In this document: piece after piece, positions 44,134 through 55,547 of the stretch
Numbering within the stretch: the first letter of the stretch is position 1
How the letters are laid out: each line of letters starts with the position of its first letter
DNA from: a virus
Taxonomy: Duplodnaviria > Caudoviricetes
Reading direction: 5' to 3' (one strand)
IMG/VR virus record: IMGVR_UViG_3300034349_000079
Coordinates: 1-64,000 of that record
DNA: 64,000 bases
Position numbers and translations under genes: made by a program
The notes under the pieces: model-generated
Database searches by the model: none
The model's input: only the letters and a program-made list of their open reading frames with translations
What the model was told of the DNA's origin: nothing

Positions 44134-44802
44134 TTAAATGGCAACGTTACGAACTGCGACTTTAGCGGTAGCAGCGCGAGTAACGGTACCGGGACCAGTG
44201 GCAGCCGAGCTGCCGGAATCGCCAGGCTTATCGGACGGAACCGAAGTAGCCAAAGGCGCAGATTCAGAGTCAGAATCAGACTCGAAAACAAAACTCTTCA
44301 GCCAGATAAACTGGGCTTTCATCAAGTTGACCAGGAAACCGCCAACCAAGTGGATGCCGGTGAGCGCCATGCCAATGGCAACGAGCATGCTGAGAAAGTG
44401 CAAGCCGATGGCAAGCACGCCGGCGCCCATGAACATGCCGACCGGCATAACCATCAAGGTTCCGGTCCATAGGCCATAGCCGGTGAAGCCAGCAGACACG
44501 AACATGGCAGCCGTGAACTTGGTCGTCATGGACTTGGTGTCAAAAGCAGAATGACCAGCATTCAGGGCAGCCTCCCAGATCTTGGAGAAAAAGCCCATGA
44601 TCATCTGACCGGTGCGAGTGAGCCAGGACTTGGAAGGCTTAGAAGCTTGCTCAAAAGCTCCAACACTGGTCTCCACTTTAGAAGCGGTTCCGTACATCCC
44701 ATCAATCGTGGCCTGCATCCGAGCGATCTGCGCCCGAAGGTCAGCGACGACTTCCTCATTGGTTTTGCCAAGGTTGGCATTGGTATTGGTATGATTGGAC
44801 AC
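44134..44802 (-). CDS. membrane protein with N-terminal coiled coil
   Basis: 222 aa with 2-3 TM segments. Confidence 0.65.
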   Translation of the reverse strand: MSNHTNTNANLGKTNEEVVADLRAQIARMQATIDGMYGTASKVETSVGAFEQASKPSKSWLTRTGQMIMGFFSKIWEAALNAGHSAFDTKSMTTKFTAAMFVSAGFTGYGLWTGTLMVMPVGMFMGAGVLAIGLHFLSMLVAIGMALTGIHLVGGFLVNLMKAQFIWLKSFVFESDSDSESAPLATSVPSDKPGDSGSSAATGPGTVTRAATAKVAVRNVAI

Positions 44803-44935
44803 GGTTGATCTCCAGCGGGTTAAAGACAGCCAAATGGCCAGGAATAGAATTACGATGCTACCTCACACAATGCGCGAGCCTAAATCCTCGCGCAAAGCGC
44901 GTCCCCTGCGTAATAACTATCCTTACTTATCCAAC

Positions 44936-45388
44936 TCACCCGAATTCATCACTAAATACACCTCCGGAAGTTTCAGCGCGTTCTGCAAGAGCAGTACGAA
45001 CTTCAATATCTTGACTACGCTCAAGAAGCCGTCCGCCTGGATAGCCAAACGCTATAAGCAGAAAGAAAGCAAAAGCGCTAGCAACCCAATCAATACCAAA
45101 GGCAATTGGGAGCAAGCATAGCGAAACCGCCAAGCCTATGGTAATAGGGAAGTTGTATTCTATGCAAAACAGCAAACAATTCGCTACGAGTATACGCCTG
45201 GGTTTAGCCCAGCACACGATACAAATAAACGTAGCAAGAACAGTATTGATACTTGCATAAACAGCAATAATTCCAAGCACAGCAGGAATACTACCGAAAT
45301 ATACAAGGACCAACGCCCAGGAAATGGAAGCCAAGCTAAACAGCAAAGCTCCCCAAATCTGCATCCATACACTATAAGCTTTCATGTT
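44936..45388 (-). CDS. membrane protein
   Basis: multiple TM segments. Confidence 0.6.
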   Translation of the reverse strand, partial: NMKAYSVWMQIWGALLFSLASISWALVLVYFGSIPAVLGIIAVYASINTVLATFICIVCWAKPRRILVANCLLFCIEYNFPITIGLAVSLCLLPIAFGIDWVASAFAFFLLIAFGYPGGRLLERSQDIEVRTALAERAETSGGVFSDEFG

Positions 45389-45395
45389 AAGTACC

Positions 45396-45902
45396 TCATT
45401 CAAATGTTTCCAAATCGGCGTCGCCTTGACGTCGACCGTCGCCTTGGCGTCGACCGTACGAGACGGGAATACGAATCTGTCTACGATTACCTTCAGGTCC
45501 TAGCAGACCAACTTGGACATCGTGACGAATATTCATTAAAAGTTTGCCAAATTGATTTTCACCGACGGTACGGTAAACACCCCAAAAGGTATTTCCGCAC
45601 CTGTTGTGATAAACTAACTCCTCATCTCCAGTTGCAAGCAATTGAGAACGAAGATAAGGCGTAACAAATTTAAGTTCATTCAAATTTATCATAAGCTGTA
45701 GTCTCATATCATGCCATCCAGGACGAAGTTGAACAAGATTACCGAGGCGACGAGCTTCCTGAGCTGAACCGCACGTAAGTATATCGCGAGCAATAAGCAA
45801 ATCAGTAGTCTTGGAAGCACAATAATGTATAGTGACACAAGTACCTCCAAAAAAGTAATCAGGATGGAGGAACGAAAAGTGCCCAGTGAAATCCTCGATC
45901 AT
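45396..45902 (-). CDS. NADAR/YbiA-family protein
   Basis: F.FL...Y, AQEARRLG, W...RL.LM...KF...LR.QLLATGDEELV, FWG, GENQFGKLLM.IR. Confidence 0.85.
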   Translation of the reverse strand: MIEDFTGHFSFLHPDYFFGGTCVTIHYCASKTTDLLIARDILTCGSAQEARRLGNLVQLRPGWHDMRLQLMINLNELKFVTPYLRSQLLATGDEELVYHNRCGNTFWGVYRTVGENQFGKLLMNIRHDVQVGLLGPEGNRRQIRIPVSYGRRQGDGRRQGDADLETFE

Positions 45903-45951
45903 AACTACCTCAAGCTGGGTCCTGGCAAAAGCCAGAACCCAACATACTACA

Positions 45952-46560
45952 TCAGGCGAGGGGGGGCCTGGCGGGGGCGACAGGAGCTGAATCCTTGCTT
46001 AATAGTCGTTCAAACTGTGCGACGGTGAGTACTAGGTTGTCGAGACGAATAGTACCATCATCGAGACGGGCAACCTCGGCTTGCGTGAAGTTACCGCCTT
46101 TGGCCCGGAGTTGCACGAGCTGGGCCGCCAAGGCGTCATCCAGTTCGGGCTCCTCAAGGGCTTCGCAAAGCTCCTTGACCTGCGTTTGAAGCTCAGCGAT
46201 CTGCTCAACGAACGGAGCAGTGAGCAGCACCTGCTCTTCCAAAATCCGGTCGTTTATATTATGCGTTTCGACGAGGTTGTCGATGCGGGCATTGAGCTCG
46301 CCATACATTTCAGCCAACATTTCGAGGGTCAACGGTTGCTCGTCGCCATTGCTGCCGTAGAGCGCAGCGGCGTGCAAGGCAGTTTCAAGCGTGGTAAGCG
46401 GCTGATCCCCCGCGGGGAGCGCAACCAAGTCATCGACGATATCGACGATATCGCCGGCATGATACGCCGGACCTGTTGCAGCGGTTGATGCGCTTGGTTT
46501 CAACGCTGAAAACGTGCCAGAACCGGCAGTATTACGTTGACGATTACTTCTGTTGGACAT
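45952..46560 (-). CDS. hypothetical protein
   Basis: 202-aa ORF with AGGAG RBS. Confidence 0.65.
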   Translation of the reverse strand: MSNRSNRQRNTAGSGTFSALKPSASTAATGPAYHAGDIVDIVDDLVALPAGDQPLTTLETALHAAALYGSNGDEQPLTLEMLAEMYGELNARIDNLVETHNINDRILEEQVLLTAPFVEQIAELQTQVKELCEALEEPELDDALAAQLVQLRAKGGNFTQAEVARLDDGTIRLDNLVLTVAQFERLLSKDSAPVAPARPPLA

Positions 46561-46620
46561 ACAAATCTCCTATCAAGGTCAAGCCTTGATAACTGTGGTT
46601 GAACGAACAAAATGAAAGCG

Positions 46621-47373
46621 CTAATGACGCTTTTTATCGATCTGACGATCAAAATTGTCGTCAGAATTGCCAGAAAGTTTGCCAGCGGAACCGAAAAGCT
46701 GTTCCATAATGGCGTCGATGCTTTGCTTCATCGTGCTCGAAGAAGAAAAAGCAACTTCGCTAACGCTACCAAGCTGGGCAAGCTTGGATTCAAGCGGTGC
46801 ATGACGAGTATGCTTAGGTGCCAAGCATTCATCGCGATGTTCGCATGTAACGCACTCGCGCGCGGCTCTAGCATTTCTGGTACTGAATATGGTCTTGATG
46901 ACTTTTTCGTTAATGGCCGTAAAGACGATAAAAACTTGCCTATGGAAACGGCGAGAAAGCCTTCCGAAATTATTATTCTCAGAAGCTTCCATTATCCATT
47001 CCATCGGAACAATGTTTTGACGGCTAAGCCATGGTGGGCTCAAATCGCCTCCAGATGCGATCACGCAAGGTCCAGCGGCGATTGCTTCCGGTGTGCCAAC
47101 CACTGCCTGAGAAGCGAGCAATACGTCGCGAAAAGATGCATAGTGCATGGTAGATAATGCAGTATCAATTTCACCTTCTGGGAAAACGAATACCGGATGA
47201 AGAGACCAACTGGAATTTGCCAAGGCGTTTTCCTCGTCATCGTAATGCTGAATAGCAATTATCGCTAACGGAAATGGCGCGCCCGCCTTTTCGATCCATT
47301 CGAGCATGGCTGCGCGAATGATCGCTGCCTTTTCAGGCAACGGGGAAACACCAGAGGTATTGTAACCGAACAT
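46621..47373 (-). CDS. hypothetical protein with C-x2-C-x5-C motif
   Basis: AGGAG RBS before MFGYNTSG. Confidence 0.6.
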   Translation of the reverse strand: MFGYNTSGVSPLPEKAAIIRAAMLEWIEKAGAPFPLAIIAIQHYDDEENALANSSWSLHPVFVFPEGEIDTALSTMHYASFRDVLLASQAVVGTPEAIAAGPCVIASGGDLSPPWLSRQNIVPMEWIMEASENNNFGRLSRRFHRQVFIVFTAINEKVIKTIFSTRNARAARECVTCEHRDECLAPKHTRHAPLESKLAQLGSVSEVAFSSSSTMKQSIDAIMEQLFGSAGKLSGNSDDNFDRQIDKKRH

Positions 47374-47374
47374 G

Positions 47375-47755
47375 TCAAGCACTCCTAGAATCAGGCCGTT
47401 TAGGTATAAAGTCCCACTCTTTAGGGAATCGGATATTTGGAGTAGCCTCCTTAAATAACGCTGCAACTTGTACGGCTGTAAAGCCGGCAAGATTGCAACC
47501 AATGTTAGAAAGCTGGAATTCCAGCTTTGGATGATCACTCGCATACTGAAGGAAGCGAGCGACACTAGCAGTAAAAACTGCGGGAAACTTTCCAGATACA
47601 CCAGAATGAATGTCTTTGGAAATAATGGCATAGGCATTTCCCTGAGGACCATCAGATTGACCGAAACGGGCACCATAATGCTTGCGAGCATGACGCGCTG
47701 CGCCTTTTAAATGATGCCCTTCAGGATCAGAACTGAATACATAAATTACTGTCAC
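47375..47755 (-). CDS. A1S_2505-family (macrodomain-like) phage protein, paralog 1
   Basis: IYVFSS...GHH.KGAA..A...YGA..G...G.QG..YAI. Confidence 0.75.
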   Translation of the reverse strand: MTVIYVFSSDPEGHHLKGAARHARKHYGARFGQSDGPQGNAYAIISKDIHSGVSGKFPAVFTASVARFLQYASDHPKLEFQLSNIGCNLAGFTAVQVAALFKEATPNIRFPKEWDFIPKRPDSRSA

Positions 47756-48026
47756 ATGGGAGACCCTCCAAGGCGTTCATTCAAAATACGCAGAGCCGTT
47801 GCACGATCGCTGGCTATGAAAGGTTCAACAACTTGCTGAACGAAGTCGTTGCCTTCGCAGTCTTCGGTATAATCTTTAACATCGCCAAACCAACGCTTCA
47901 GTTGAAGCAAGCCGTTGCTATGGAGATAACCCCACCACCAAATGGCGTTGGGATTTCGACCGAAAGAATCTTGCATATGATTACCTCACTGAAAAAAGGC
48001 CGATCCATCGGCCAAACACAGCGGAG

Positions 48027-48530
48027 TTACATGATATCCAGGATCGGAATTCCATACTCCTCGGCCATATGAAGCATCTGACCAACACCATCGGTGCGCC
48101 TACCGGCGAACGTTATACTGTAAACACGATCCACCGGTGTGTTGAGATACGGCCCCAGGAGAATAAAGCAATTCCTGGCTTGCATTAATCGCGCGGCTTC
48201 AGAAGCCCGGGTCCAAGCCGGATGGAATTTCTTCGCCAAGTCGAGCGCCGCCTGCGTTACACCGTGCCGAACGATGAAATTGAAGTAGGCCAGATTGGTC
48301 GCAGGATCTTTCCAAGATCCAATTTCATATGTTGGCCAAGGCAAATAACATTCGCAATAACCTTCTGCTTGGCGCCAACCTCGCATGAATGCCTGGCTGG
48401 CGCCCCAATCGCAGCCGGTGCGAAGTGTATGCCCTGCTTTACCAAGTTCCCGTGAGAAAGCAGCTGCACGATCAACAGCAGCATTAGATGCAGAACGGCT
48501 ACCAACCCCGGTAAAAATCATATAAATCAC
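48027..48530 (-). CDS. SLOG/DprA-like protein
   Basis: FTGVGSR, LRTGC..GA..AF, L.ARNCF.LLG, GVGQ. Confidence 0.75.
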   Translation of the reverse strand: MIYMIFTGVGSRSASNAAVDRAAAFSRELGKAGHTLRTGCDWGASQAFMRGWRQAEGYCECYLPWPTYEIGSWKDPATNLAYFNFIVRHGVTQAALDLAKKFHPAWTRASEAARLMQARNCFILLGPYLNTPVDRVYSITFAGRRTDGVGQMLHMAEEYGIPILDIM

Positions 48531-48823
48531 CTCAAATTGGTTTAGCTAAAGTGCAAGGAACGTTTTCACTCTGACTCCCATCGGTCGCAAGCGTCAAAAA
48601 GAGGAAGTTCGTTAGTACATAATACCAATCGTTGATACCTCGCAGAATAAACGGTATGTGGAAAAAACTGGCCGTGAAGGGGATATGCGATGACATCAGC
48701 GGCATCGATAGTCCGATAAAAACGGCACGTAGAACATTTCTGGGTTTGGCCATCTAACAACATAGATATACCTATACTTTTGATTGATACAAAACCGTAT
48801 TTACAGTGCCCGTATCTCCTATA

Positions 48824-49261
48824 CTACACTTCCGGGATTTGAAAGAATAAAGTTCGATCTAAAATGAATTGTTCAGAATCAGGCACAAAATGCCATTCTA
48901 TTGGCACAATATATTCTTTAATAAATGAAAATTCCTCTGATGTCATTGTATGTAATACAGCGTTTGGAAACATTGTGTAGAGCGATAGTAAAGCAACTCT
49001 CTTTGTCATTTTGAAAACAGATGACAAAGCAGTTATACGATATTTGATTGGAGCAGTTTTGTCGGTATAAACCAACCAATTAAAGCTGTACATAGGTATT
49101 AGTGGTCTGGTATCCCTTTCATAAAGGCGAATTATAGCGATAGCAACTGGTCTATCAGCCTTATAAATTCGTAAAGCAGCTTGAGAAAAATCTGATGCAT
49201 AGAAATCTATGACATCAGTTACCGTGCACAAAGTGCTTAGATAAACCATAGTTTTTCTCAC
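48824..49261 (-). CDS. hypothetical protein
   Basis: 145-aa ORF. Confidence 0.55.
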   Translation of the reverse strand: MRKTMVYLSTLCTVTDVIDFYASDFSQAALRIYKADRPVAIAIIRLYERDTRPLIPMYSFNWLVYTDKTAPIKYRITALSSVFKMTKRVALLSLYTMFPNAVLHTMTSEEFSFIKEYIVPIEWHFVPDSEQFILDRTLFFQIPEV

Positions 49262-50323
49262 CTACAAAAAAGGCCAATCCTTTGGCCAATGAGGATCATT
49301 CATTCATTCAATCGATACTGAAACACCAAGCGGCAAAGCATACAGCGAAAATAAACGCTGCTATGACAAGCCAATCAATAAAACCAGGAAGTTTGGCCAT
49401 GGTAGCAATCTCAAGTTGGTGTTGTCAAAATTCAAATTGGATACATGCCTCCTAATCTGATAATGAGAGAGCCAATGATCACGATAAGTACGACAACTAT
49501 CGCGAACAGTAAAGCCCAGGGGTCAAACTTATGTGCCATAGTTAGTCAACGCCGTTGCAATCCAAAAGATCATCCATTGGTTCTTCCCAATAAGCAGTAG
49601 CGGGCTGAAATTCCTCAGAAGGAACCAGCCGGACAGGGGCAACAACGTTGATCTCGATTTCGATATTGCATTCCTCCGTTACGTTAAGGGAGACAGTCAA
49701 GCCAAAGGAGACAATGCCTGCAATACCTTGCGTAAAGGTTGTGGATAACACCTCGCTCACAACGGCAAGAACCTGCCTATGAAATACAAGAGTCTGTGCC
49801 ATGTCTTCTGGTGACATAATAATTTTCATACGCACCTCGTTGGTTTAAACCACGAACAACTCACCTATAGCGCGAGCCCTAATCCCTGGCGCTACGCGCC
49901 CGTTGACATTTTGGGGCTGTACATAATGTAAATAATAATAACCAAGAGCGAGGTTGACAAAAATGAGTAACAACATGACAAATTTGAAATTAAAAATCTT
50001 CATTTGATTCCTCCGCGAAATCATAACATTCGATGTAAAGATCAATGTCAAGAACATCATAACTTTCTAAGGTGTAACACAAAGTTGCTCCAGTCGTCAA
50101 ACCTTTAGCATCATAAGCAACAAAAAATACTTCTTGATAGGCTCCAAAAGTTGTATCCATGGAGATTCGCTTGTAGCCATTAGACGCGAAATGAATAATC
50201 CAATCGCTAGGGGGAATCTGTGGAAACTCGCATACAGTACTCACTGTGACAGTATGAAATAGGTTGTATGACATCTTATTATCACTTATAAAGTAGGGCT
50301 CCGGCTGCCGGAGCCCAACATCG

Positions 50324-50779
50324 CTAAACAATCACCGTCGCATCTTGAAAGTCATTCAGAATGTCGACAAGCGCGTGCGCTTGATTGATAGCCGTAGAGG
50401 CAAAGCAGTCGGTCAGGGTATAGTTATTAGAAGCAGCCAGGCGAGCCAGCTCCTTGATGAGGTCTGGATGAGCATCTGCCCATACCTCCCATAGCGCCTT
50501 ATAGGCTTCATAGAGTTGTGCAGAAGTCATATCATTCAATGGGGGCTTACGTTTGCCGAGCTGCCAGTTCTGGCCACCAGGGTCATAACCTTTGGTGTCA
50601 CACTGATAGTGCATTTCGATAGAGCGGCCATCTGGCATAATAGCGTTAAAAGCCGAGAAGCGTTTATCGCCACGGCTGCTGACTTCGTAACCATTACCCA
50701 GGCGCGCCCAAAGATAACGTCGATTCATAATCACTCCGCTACGTGGATTGTTGTTGGCCCTGTGATGGGCGGGCTTCAT
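50324..50779 (-). CDS. conserved phage protein, possibly NADAR-related
   Basis: GYEVSSRGDKRFSAF...DGRSIE.HYQ...KGY; family link is tentative. Confidence 0.55.
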   Translation of the reverse strand: MKPAHHRANNNPRSGVIMNRRYLWARLGNGYEVSSRGDKRFSAFNAIMPDGRSIEMHYQCDTKGYDPGGQNWQLGKRKPPLNDMTSAQLYEAYKALWEVWADAHPDLIKELARLAASNNYTLTDCFASTAINQAHALVDILNDFQDATVIV

Positions 50780-51192
50780 TTCTCACCGTGTACCACGAGA
50801 GCACTAGTAATAGTTATTACATGGCAGGTAAGCTTCACCATGCCAGGGAGTTGCTGATCTGCAAAAGCAGCACGTAGTTCTCTCGCCTTTTCTACCTCTC
50901 TTGCCCGCGATACCTTTGTTCTCGCGGTCTTATCAGCAAGCCTTTCCAGCCTACGATTCTCTTTACGCTGGCGTTTAGCTTCTTTGGCCATGAACGCCTC
51001 GCGATTTCTCTCGCGTTCAAGGCGTACTTTAATCTCATCAATTTTGTCGTGCCTCGCAAGTAACAGTTCAAGTCGTCGAGCTGATGTGTCGTCGAGCAGT
51101 TGAACTAGCTCGATTTCTATAAGATCAGGGATCTTTGAAAGTTCTATAAGTTCTTCATCTGTGAGCGAACCAAAATGTACAGTTGTAAACAT
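50776..51192 (-). CDS. hypothetical charged protein
   Basis: 138-aa ORF. Confidence 0.6.
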   Translation of the reverse strand: MFTTVHFGSLTDEELIELSKIPDLIEIELVQLLDDTSARRLELLLARHDKIDEIKVRLERERNREAFMAKEAKRQRKENRRLERLADKTARTKVSRAREVEKARELRAAFADQQLPGMVKLTCHVITITSALVVHGEK

Positions 51193-51412
51193 TCTGTAAA
51201 TTACCTCAATTGGTTAGAATTTTGGGCCCTTTCGACACGTTCACAATAAGCTATATCAAAGAGTTTAAGCTCATGTGCAGTGAGCGCATGGCTATAAATC
51301 AATGGTTGCTCGTATTTGCGTGGATCGTTCGGCCAGTACATTGTCACCAACTCTTCGATCTGTTCTTCGGTGAGCATAATGCTTACCTATTGATTAGAGC
51401 ATAAAAGTTACC

Positions 51413-51850
51413 TTACTCGTCGGCTCTGGCTTTCAAGGCAGCTATGCGGAGCTTGATCCGGATGATCAAATCATCCAAAGCTAGATGCGCTATACTTGGA
51501 TCTTCGGGTGGAATCCACTCGACGGCAACGTACTTAGCGATTTCAAGCACCTTGCTAAAAATCAGGGAGGCAATTGTTCTATGCGGGAAATCTTGATCAA
51601 GCATGATCACTAACATCTTCCCGCAAAGCTCGATAAGTTGCTCCCCAGTGAGAGCTGTACCAGGCTCGCAGATACCTACTCGTATGGCCATCCCTCTGAT
51701 GATCCTAGTAAGCTCATCACGCTGACCGCGAACCTCTTCCAACTCGGCAGTGCGTTGTTGAAGCATTGCTAAAGTTTCATCACGCTGCTGGTGCATACGG
51801 GAGAGCTGACGATTACGCTCTCCAGAAGTACCTTCTTCTTCTTCATTCAT
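51413..51850 (-). CDS. hypothetical protein (paralog of 51847..52254)
   Basis: MA..VG.CE.G..L...QL...C..MLVIM. Confidence 0.65.
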   Translation of the reverse strand: MNEEEEGTSGERNRQLSRMHQQRDETLAMLQQRTAELEEVRGQRDELTRIIRGMAIRVGICEPGTALTGEQLIELCGKMLVIMLDQDFPHRTIASLIFSKVLEIAKYVAVEWIPPEDPSIAHLALDDLIIRIKLRIAALKARADE

Positions 51851-52254
51851 ACTAAATCTCCAGGTTGGGCTTTCAAAGCGGTTATATGATTCTTGATTTG
51901 AGTACTCAAATACTCCAAAGCTAGAAAAGCTTGCTCGGAAGTAGTTGGCATCTTCCAGGCGATACCAACATGATTGGCAATATCGAGCAATTGCGCAAGG
52001 AGCATGAGCGCAGTCTCTTCATAACGATTAGGAGCATGCATAATCACGAGCATGTCTGCACAAAAGCCCGTGAGTTGCGTACTAGAAAGATTGGCACCCG
52101 TTTCACATAAGCCTACGCTCGTAGCCATGTAGGCAATAAGACGTCCCATATCATTACGTTGCTCGGTCCTTTCGTTCAGTTCTGCGGTAAGCAGGGCTAT
52201 CTCGGCATTGCGTTCATTAAGAGCTTGCTCAAGTTCTTTTTCATTGGTGTTCAT
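51847..52254 (-). CDS. hypothetical protein (paralog of 51413..51850)
   Basis: same motif. Confidence 0.65.
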   Translation of the reverse strand: MNTNEKELEQALNERNAEIALLTAELNERTEQRNDMGRLIAYMATSVGLCETGANLSSTQLTGFCADMLVIMHAPNRYEETALMLLAQLLDIANHVGIAWKMPTTSEQAFLALEYLSTQIKNHITALKAQPGDLV

Positions 52255-52267
52255 GTTAAGTTTCCGA

Positions 52268-52627
52268 TCAAACGGCTAATGGAACCCACGCATCAGGCAA
52301 CCGCACATTAGGTGTATAGCCCTTGAAAAGTGGGGCAATCTGTATAGGCATAAAGCCTGCGAGTCCGCAACCAATGTCGGCCACGATAAACGTGTCATCA
52401 GGATGTTCGCGGGCATATTGCAGGAAGGCAATCACGCTAATCCTGATCTGTTCCGCGGTGATAGCGAGCTCATCACGCCTTAATTCTTTTGTTATGATGG
52501 CGTAAGAATCATTTTGTCGACCTTCGGCACGACCAGAGATAGCGCCATATACAATGCGAGCGTGCTTAGCAGCACCCTTACCATGATGCTCTTCGGAAGT
52601 ACTTCCAAATACGTAGATTGTTGTCAT
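52268..52627 (-). CDS. A1S_2505-family protein, paralog 2
   Basis: IYVFGS...HHGKGAA...IGCGLAGF. Confidence 0.75.
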   Translation of the reverse strand: MTTIYVFGSTSEEHHGKGAAKHARIVYGAISGRAEGRQNDSYAIITKELRRDELAITAEQIRISVIAFLQYAREHPDDTFIVADIGCGLAGFMPIQIAPLFKGYTPNVRLPDAWVPLAV

Positions 52628-53477
52628 AGTAGTACACACGTCTCTATCCAGTCGGGAATGTCTTCAATATGTTCTACCCAACCGGGAACTTCACGCTCTA
52701 AATAGGGCTCACCTTTATCCCTATCAAGTTCTTTATCATAGTCATTGACATCGCACCAAGTGCCATCTTTCCACATATAAATTTGCATAGCCATTACAGC
52801 TGCCGCCTCAACCATTTATCAATGTCCGCGATAAATTTAACAGACTGTAGAACCGTCCACGTCACAATAATAGAACCTCTATCAGCGTCAAGTGATGGAT
52901 CGTAGTCATTGACATCCATCCAGGAGAGGTCTTTAAACACATGAATTCTCATTGTAGACTCCAATAGGTTGACGATCACTGATTGCGCGAGCCCTAATCC
53001 CCGCGCGAACGCGCGCCTATATAAGACGCGTCACAGAGAATTTGGTACAACCATAGGACGGCTGTACCTCCTGCTCCTTCTCCTGGCCACACACACAGCG
53101 TAACCAGAGTCGGCGTTGAAAGGCCAAAACATCCAATGAGGTGTCTTGGCCAGAAGTGATTTGTTCTCCCAGCCGGAGGATAGGCAATTCAGTCTAGTAT
53201 GCTGTTAACTATCGCTTCAAGCGGACGGCCTTCGTTCACTCACTGATTACGCAGTCATAATCCGCGCGCGAAGCGCGCGCCCCTACGCAAGAAGCGAAAT
53301 AGGGCGAACAGGAAACTAGCTTATTTTTTAACGTGTTTTCAATAAATAAAATATGAGCAAAATCAATAACTTACCTAACCTTTTTTGTGCTTAGTTACAG
53401 AACTGATGACCCCACCGCAGAAGGTTAAGGCAAAAGTGCAGAGCCAGAGCTTACGCTCTGACCCTGCACTACACTGC

Positions 53478-54347
53478 CTATTCCGCAAATGGCGAATCGC
53501 CAGCATGAGCTGCGAGAGCCTCGAGGAGACGAGAATCCACTGTCGAATTAGAGGCTGCCGGAGTAGCCAGTTCTGGCCAGTGAATCTGGTGACCGCCCAT
53601 CTCGATGAGTGTGCGGTAGCCGACAGGCTGACCAGCCTGATCATGCATACCGGAAGGCAGGTTGTCCTTGAGCCAGTTGGCAAAACCATTAGCCGGGTCG
53701 TTATAACGAGCGTTGCGGGTGCCAGCGTCGCGAGCCTTATCCAAGAGGATGTAAGCCTGGTCATGGGGAACGGTCGGAATCATCGGGTGATGAGTGACCC
53801 AGACCGGATGGATTTGGTTCCGGGTACCCGGGACGCGCTGCCATTGGCAAAGCTTGCCTTTCCAATTGTTCTTATACTGAACAAGGAAGTTCCCCCGATC
53901 GGACGGCGGAACAGGCACGTCGGCAGGCGGGTCGTTGACCGAGCCATTGGCATTGCCGGTACCTTCCATGGAGAGCGCAGCGGCCAGCATGTCCGTGGCG
54001 GGAACCACGGCGGGCTGAGCCTGATGAACGGGCTGAGCCTGATGAACGGGCTGAGCCTGATGAACGGGCTGAGCCTGATGAACGGGCTGAACCTGGTTTT
54101 GCATAAACTGCTGCACCATGGCGGCGAGCTGTTCAGAAGTCGGCGGGACGGGAGCGAGGGCGGGCGGCACGGAAACCATGCCAAGCATGGCTTGCTGGAT
54201 AGCTGCGAACCCAGCACGGAGCTCGATCTTCAGATCCAAAACATCGGCCTTGACGGCATCGAGTTCGGGATTTGACGGAATGACCTTCAAGGCGGCGGCC
54301 TTGATAGCACGAGAAGCACGAGCGGTAGGAGTCGGGGAAGTGGACAT
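53478..54347 (-). CDS. early protein with QPVHQA repeats
   Basis: GGAGAATACA-ATG start; low-complexity centre. Confidence 0.7.
   Translation of the reverse strand: MSTSPTPTARASRAIKAAALKVIPSNPELDAVKADVLDLKIELRAGFAAIQQAMLGMVSVPPALAPVPPTSEQLAAMVQQFMQNQVQPVHQAQPVHQAQPVHQAQPVHQAQPAVVPATDMLAAALSMEGTGNANGSVNDPPADVPVPPSDRGNFLVQYKNNWKGKLCQWQRVPGTRNQIHPVWVTHHPMIPTVPHDQAYILLDKARDAGTRNARYNDPANGFANWLKDNLPSGMHDQAGQPVGYRTLIEMGGHQIHWPELATPAASNSTVDSRLLEALAAHAGDSPFAE
54011..54096. repeat. 18-bp tandem repeat (4 full + 1 partial)
   Basis: cgggctgagcctgatgaa x4, encoding (QPVHQA)n. Confidence 0.95.
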
Positions 54348-54442
54348 TGTATTCTCCAAACAGGTGGGTAGTGGAAAGGCCCACGCACAGTGCGTGAGTC
54401 TTAATCCTGGCGCAAAGGGCTTGATAGCACGTTTTCAGATTT

Positions 54443-54757
54443 TCAGGTTGTCTGCATCTGGCACGTTAGGTGTTGGATCTTCACCAGGGCCCGGCCGCCG
54501 TGCTCGTCTTCAATCACTTGCACTCCGGGAACGAACGTCAGCGCCTCAGATAAGGCATAAGAGCCGTCCTGGTTAAGATACTGACTTGTCACCTGCACCA
54601 AGCAGCCGACGCCATCGATCTGCATGGCCTTGGTGGATTTCGTCCAATTTTGCTGATTAGAGCTTTCCTTGCTAATTAATCGCCAGGCATCGACACCGAA
54701 TACCTTCACATCCGTTGTTGTTGCAGTCTTCGTGTCATCAAGCGTTTTCATGGCCAT
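54443..54757 (-). CDS. conserved phage hypothetical protein
   Basis: W.KSTKAMQIDGVGCLVQVT...SEALTFVPGV pattern. Confidence 0.65.
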   Translation of the reverse strand: MAMKTLDDTKTATTTDVKVFGVDAWRLISKESSNQQNWTKSTKAMQIDGVGCLVQVTSQYLNQDGSYALSEALTFVPGVQVIEDEHGGRALVKIQHLTCQMQTT

Positions 54758-54790
54758 GATATATCTCCAAACAAGTGGTGGATTATGAGC

Positions 54791-54838
54791 GAAAGGCCCA
54801 CGCACAATGCGTGAGCCTTAATCCTGGCGCGAAGCGCC
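54791..54838. promoter_or_regulatory. representative of the early-region AAAGGCCCACGCACA..GCGCGAGCCTTAATCCT-GCGC-GAA-GCGC motif (~10 copies, 44.8-59.3 kb)
   Basis: recurrent intergenic motif always upstream of a minus-strand RBS. Confidence 0.65.
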
Positions 54839-55169
54839 TCTACAGTGGTGTCAATTCAGAATTGACATTAAGGCGACGGACATAGTTCGGGCAACCGCAA
54901 TACGGGATGTTCTGCGAACCATCTACGTTAGCGGTGCCAGTCACCATGTCGTAAATACATGTGGCATTCTTATCGAGCTTGCCATAAGGGCCGGGAAGCG
55001 GGCAGTCAACGCAGGTAAAACCCATATGCAGGTGATGACCGGTGGTCATAGAGATCGGAATCACCGGAGCGGTGAAATTCGTGCATGTTGTGCATGCGTG
55101 CATGTTGTACTCCAGGGTTAAAGAAGGATGGCTCCAAGCGCGTGAAACATTGTGCTTGGAGCCAAAGGG

Positions 55170-55547
55170 TTAAACAAACTTCCGCATAAGCAAAGAAGCA
55201 GCAGCCTCGATCTTGGTCTGAATGCCGCCGACCAAGGTCTTAGCCAAGTCGAGAATCGGCTGAACAGCCTTATAGATCTTGACCACGACGGCGATCTCTT
55301 CGTCACCGATGTCGGTGAAGAGCTTGAGTGCGGCCGGAGAAATCTCGATTTCGACCTTGCTATCACGGAAAGAAGCTCGCGTCGAGATGTAAGCCGGATC
55401 AAACTTAGCGCGAATGACCTCCTCGATCACGGTTATGGTCACCGGAGTGACATCCTTTTCAGGAATGAATTCGGCCAGGAGCTTGGCCCCATTGACGTTG
55501 GAAGCGTTCAGAACGTTCAGGTCAGCGGCAGTGATGATCAGTTTCAT
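55170..55547 (-). CDS. hypothetical protein
   Basis: GGAGAATACG-ATG start MKLIITA. Confidence 0.65.
   Translation of the reverse strand: MKLIITAADLNVLNASNVNGAKLLAEFIPEKDVTPVTITVIEEVIRAKFDPAYISTRASFRDSKVEIEISPAALKLFTDIGDEEIAVVVKIYKAVQPILDLAKTLVGGIQTKIEAAASLLMRKFV

Noticed and set aside
53385-54275. 296-aa plus-strand ORF with LSLMNG repeats
   Set aside because: It is the antisense shadow of the RBS-bearing minus-strand gene with the 18-bp repeat.
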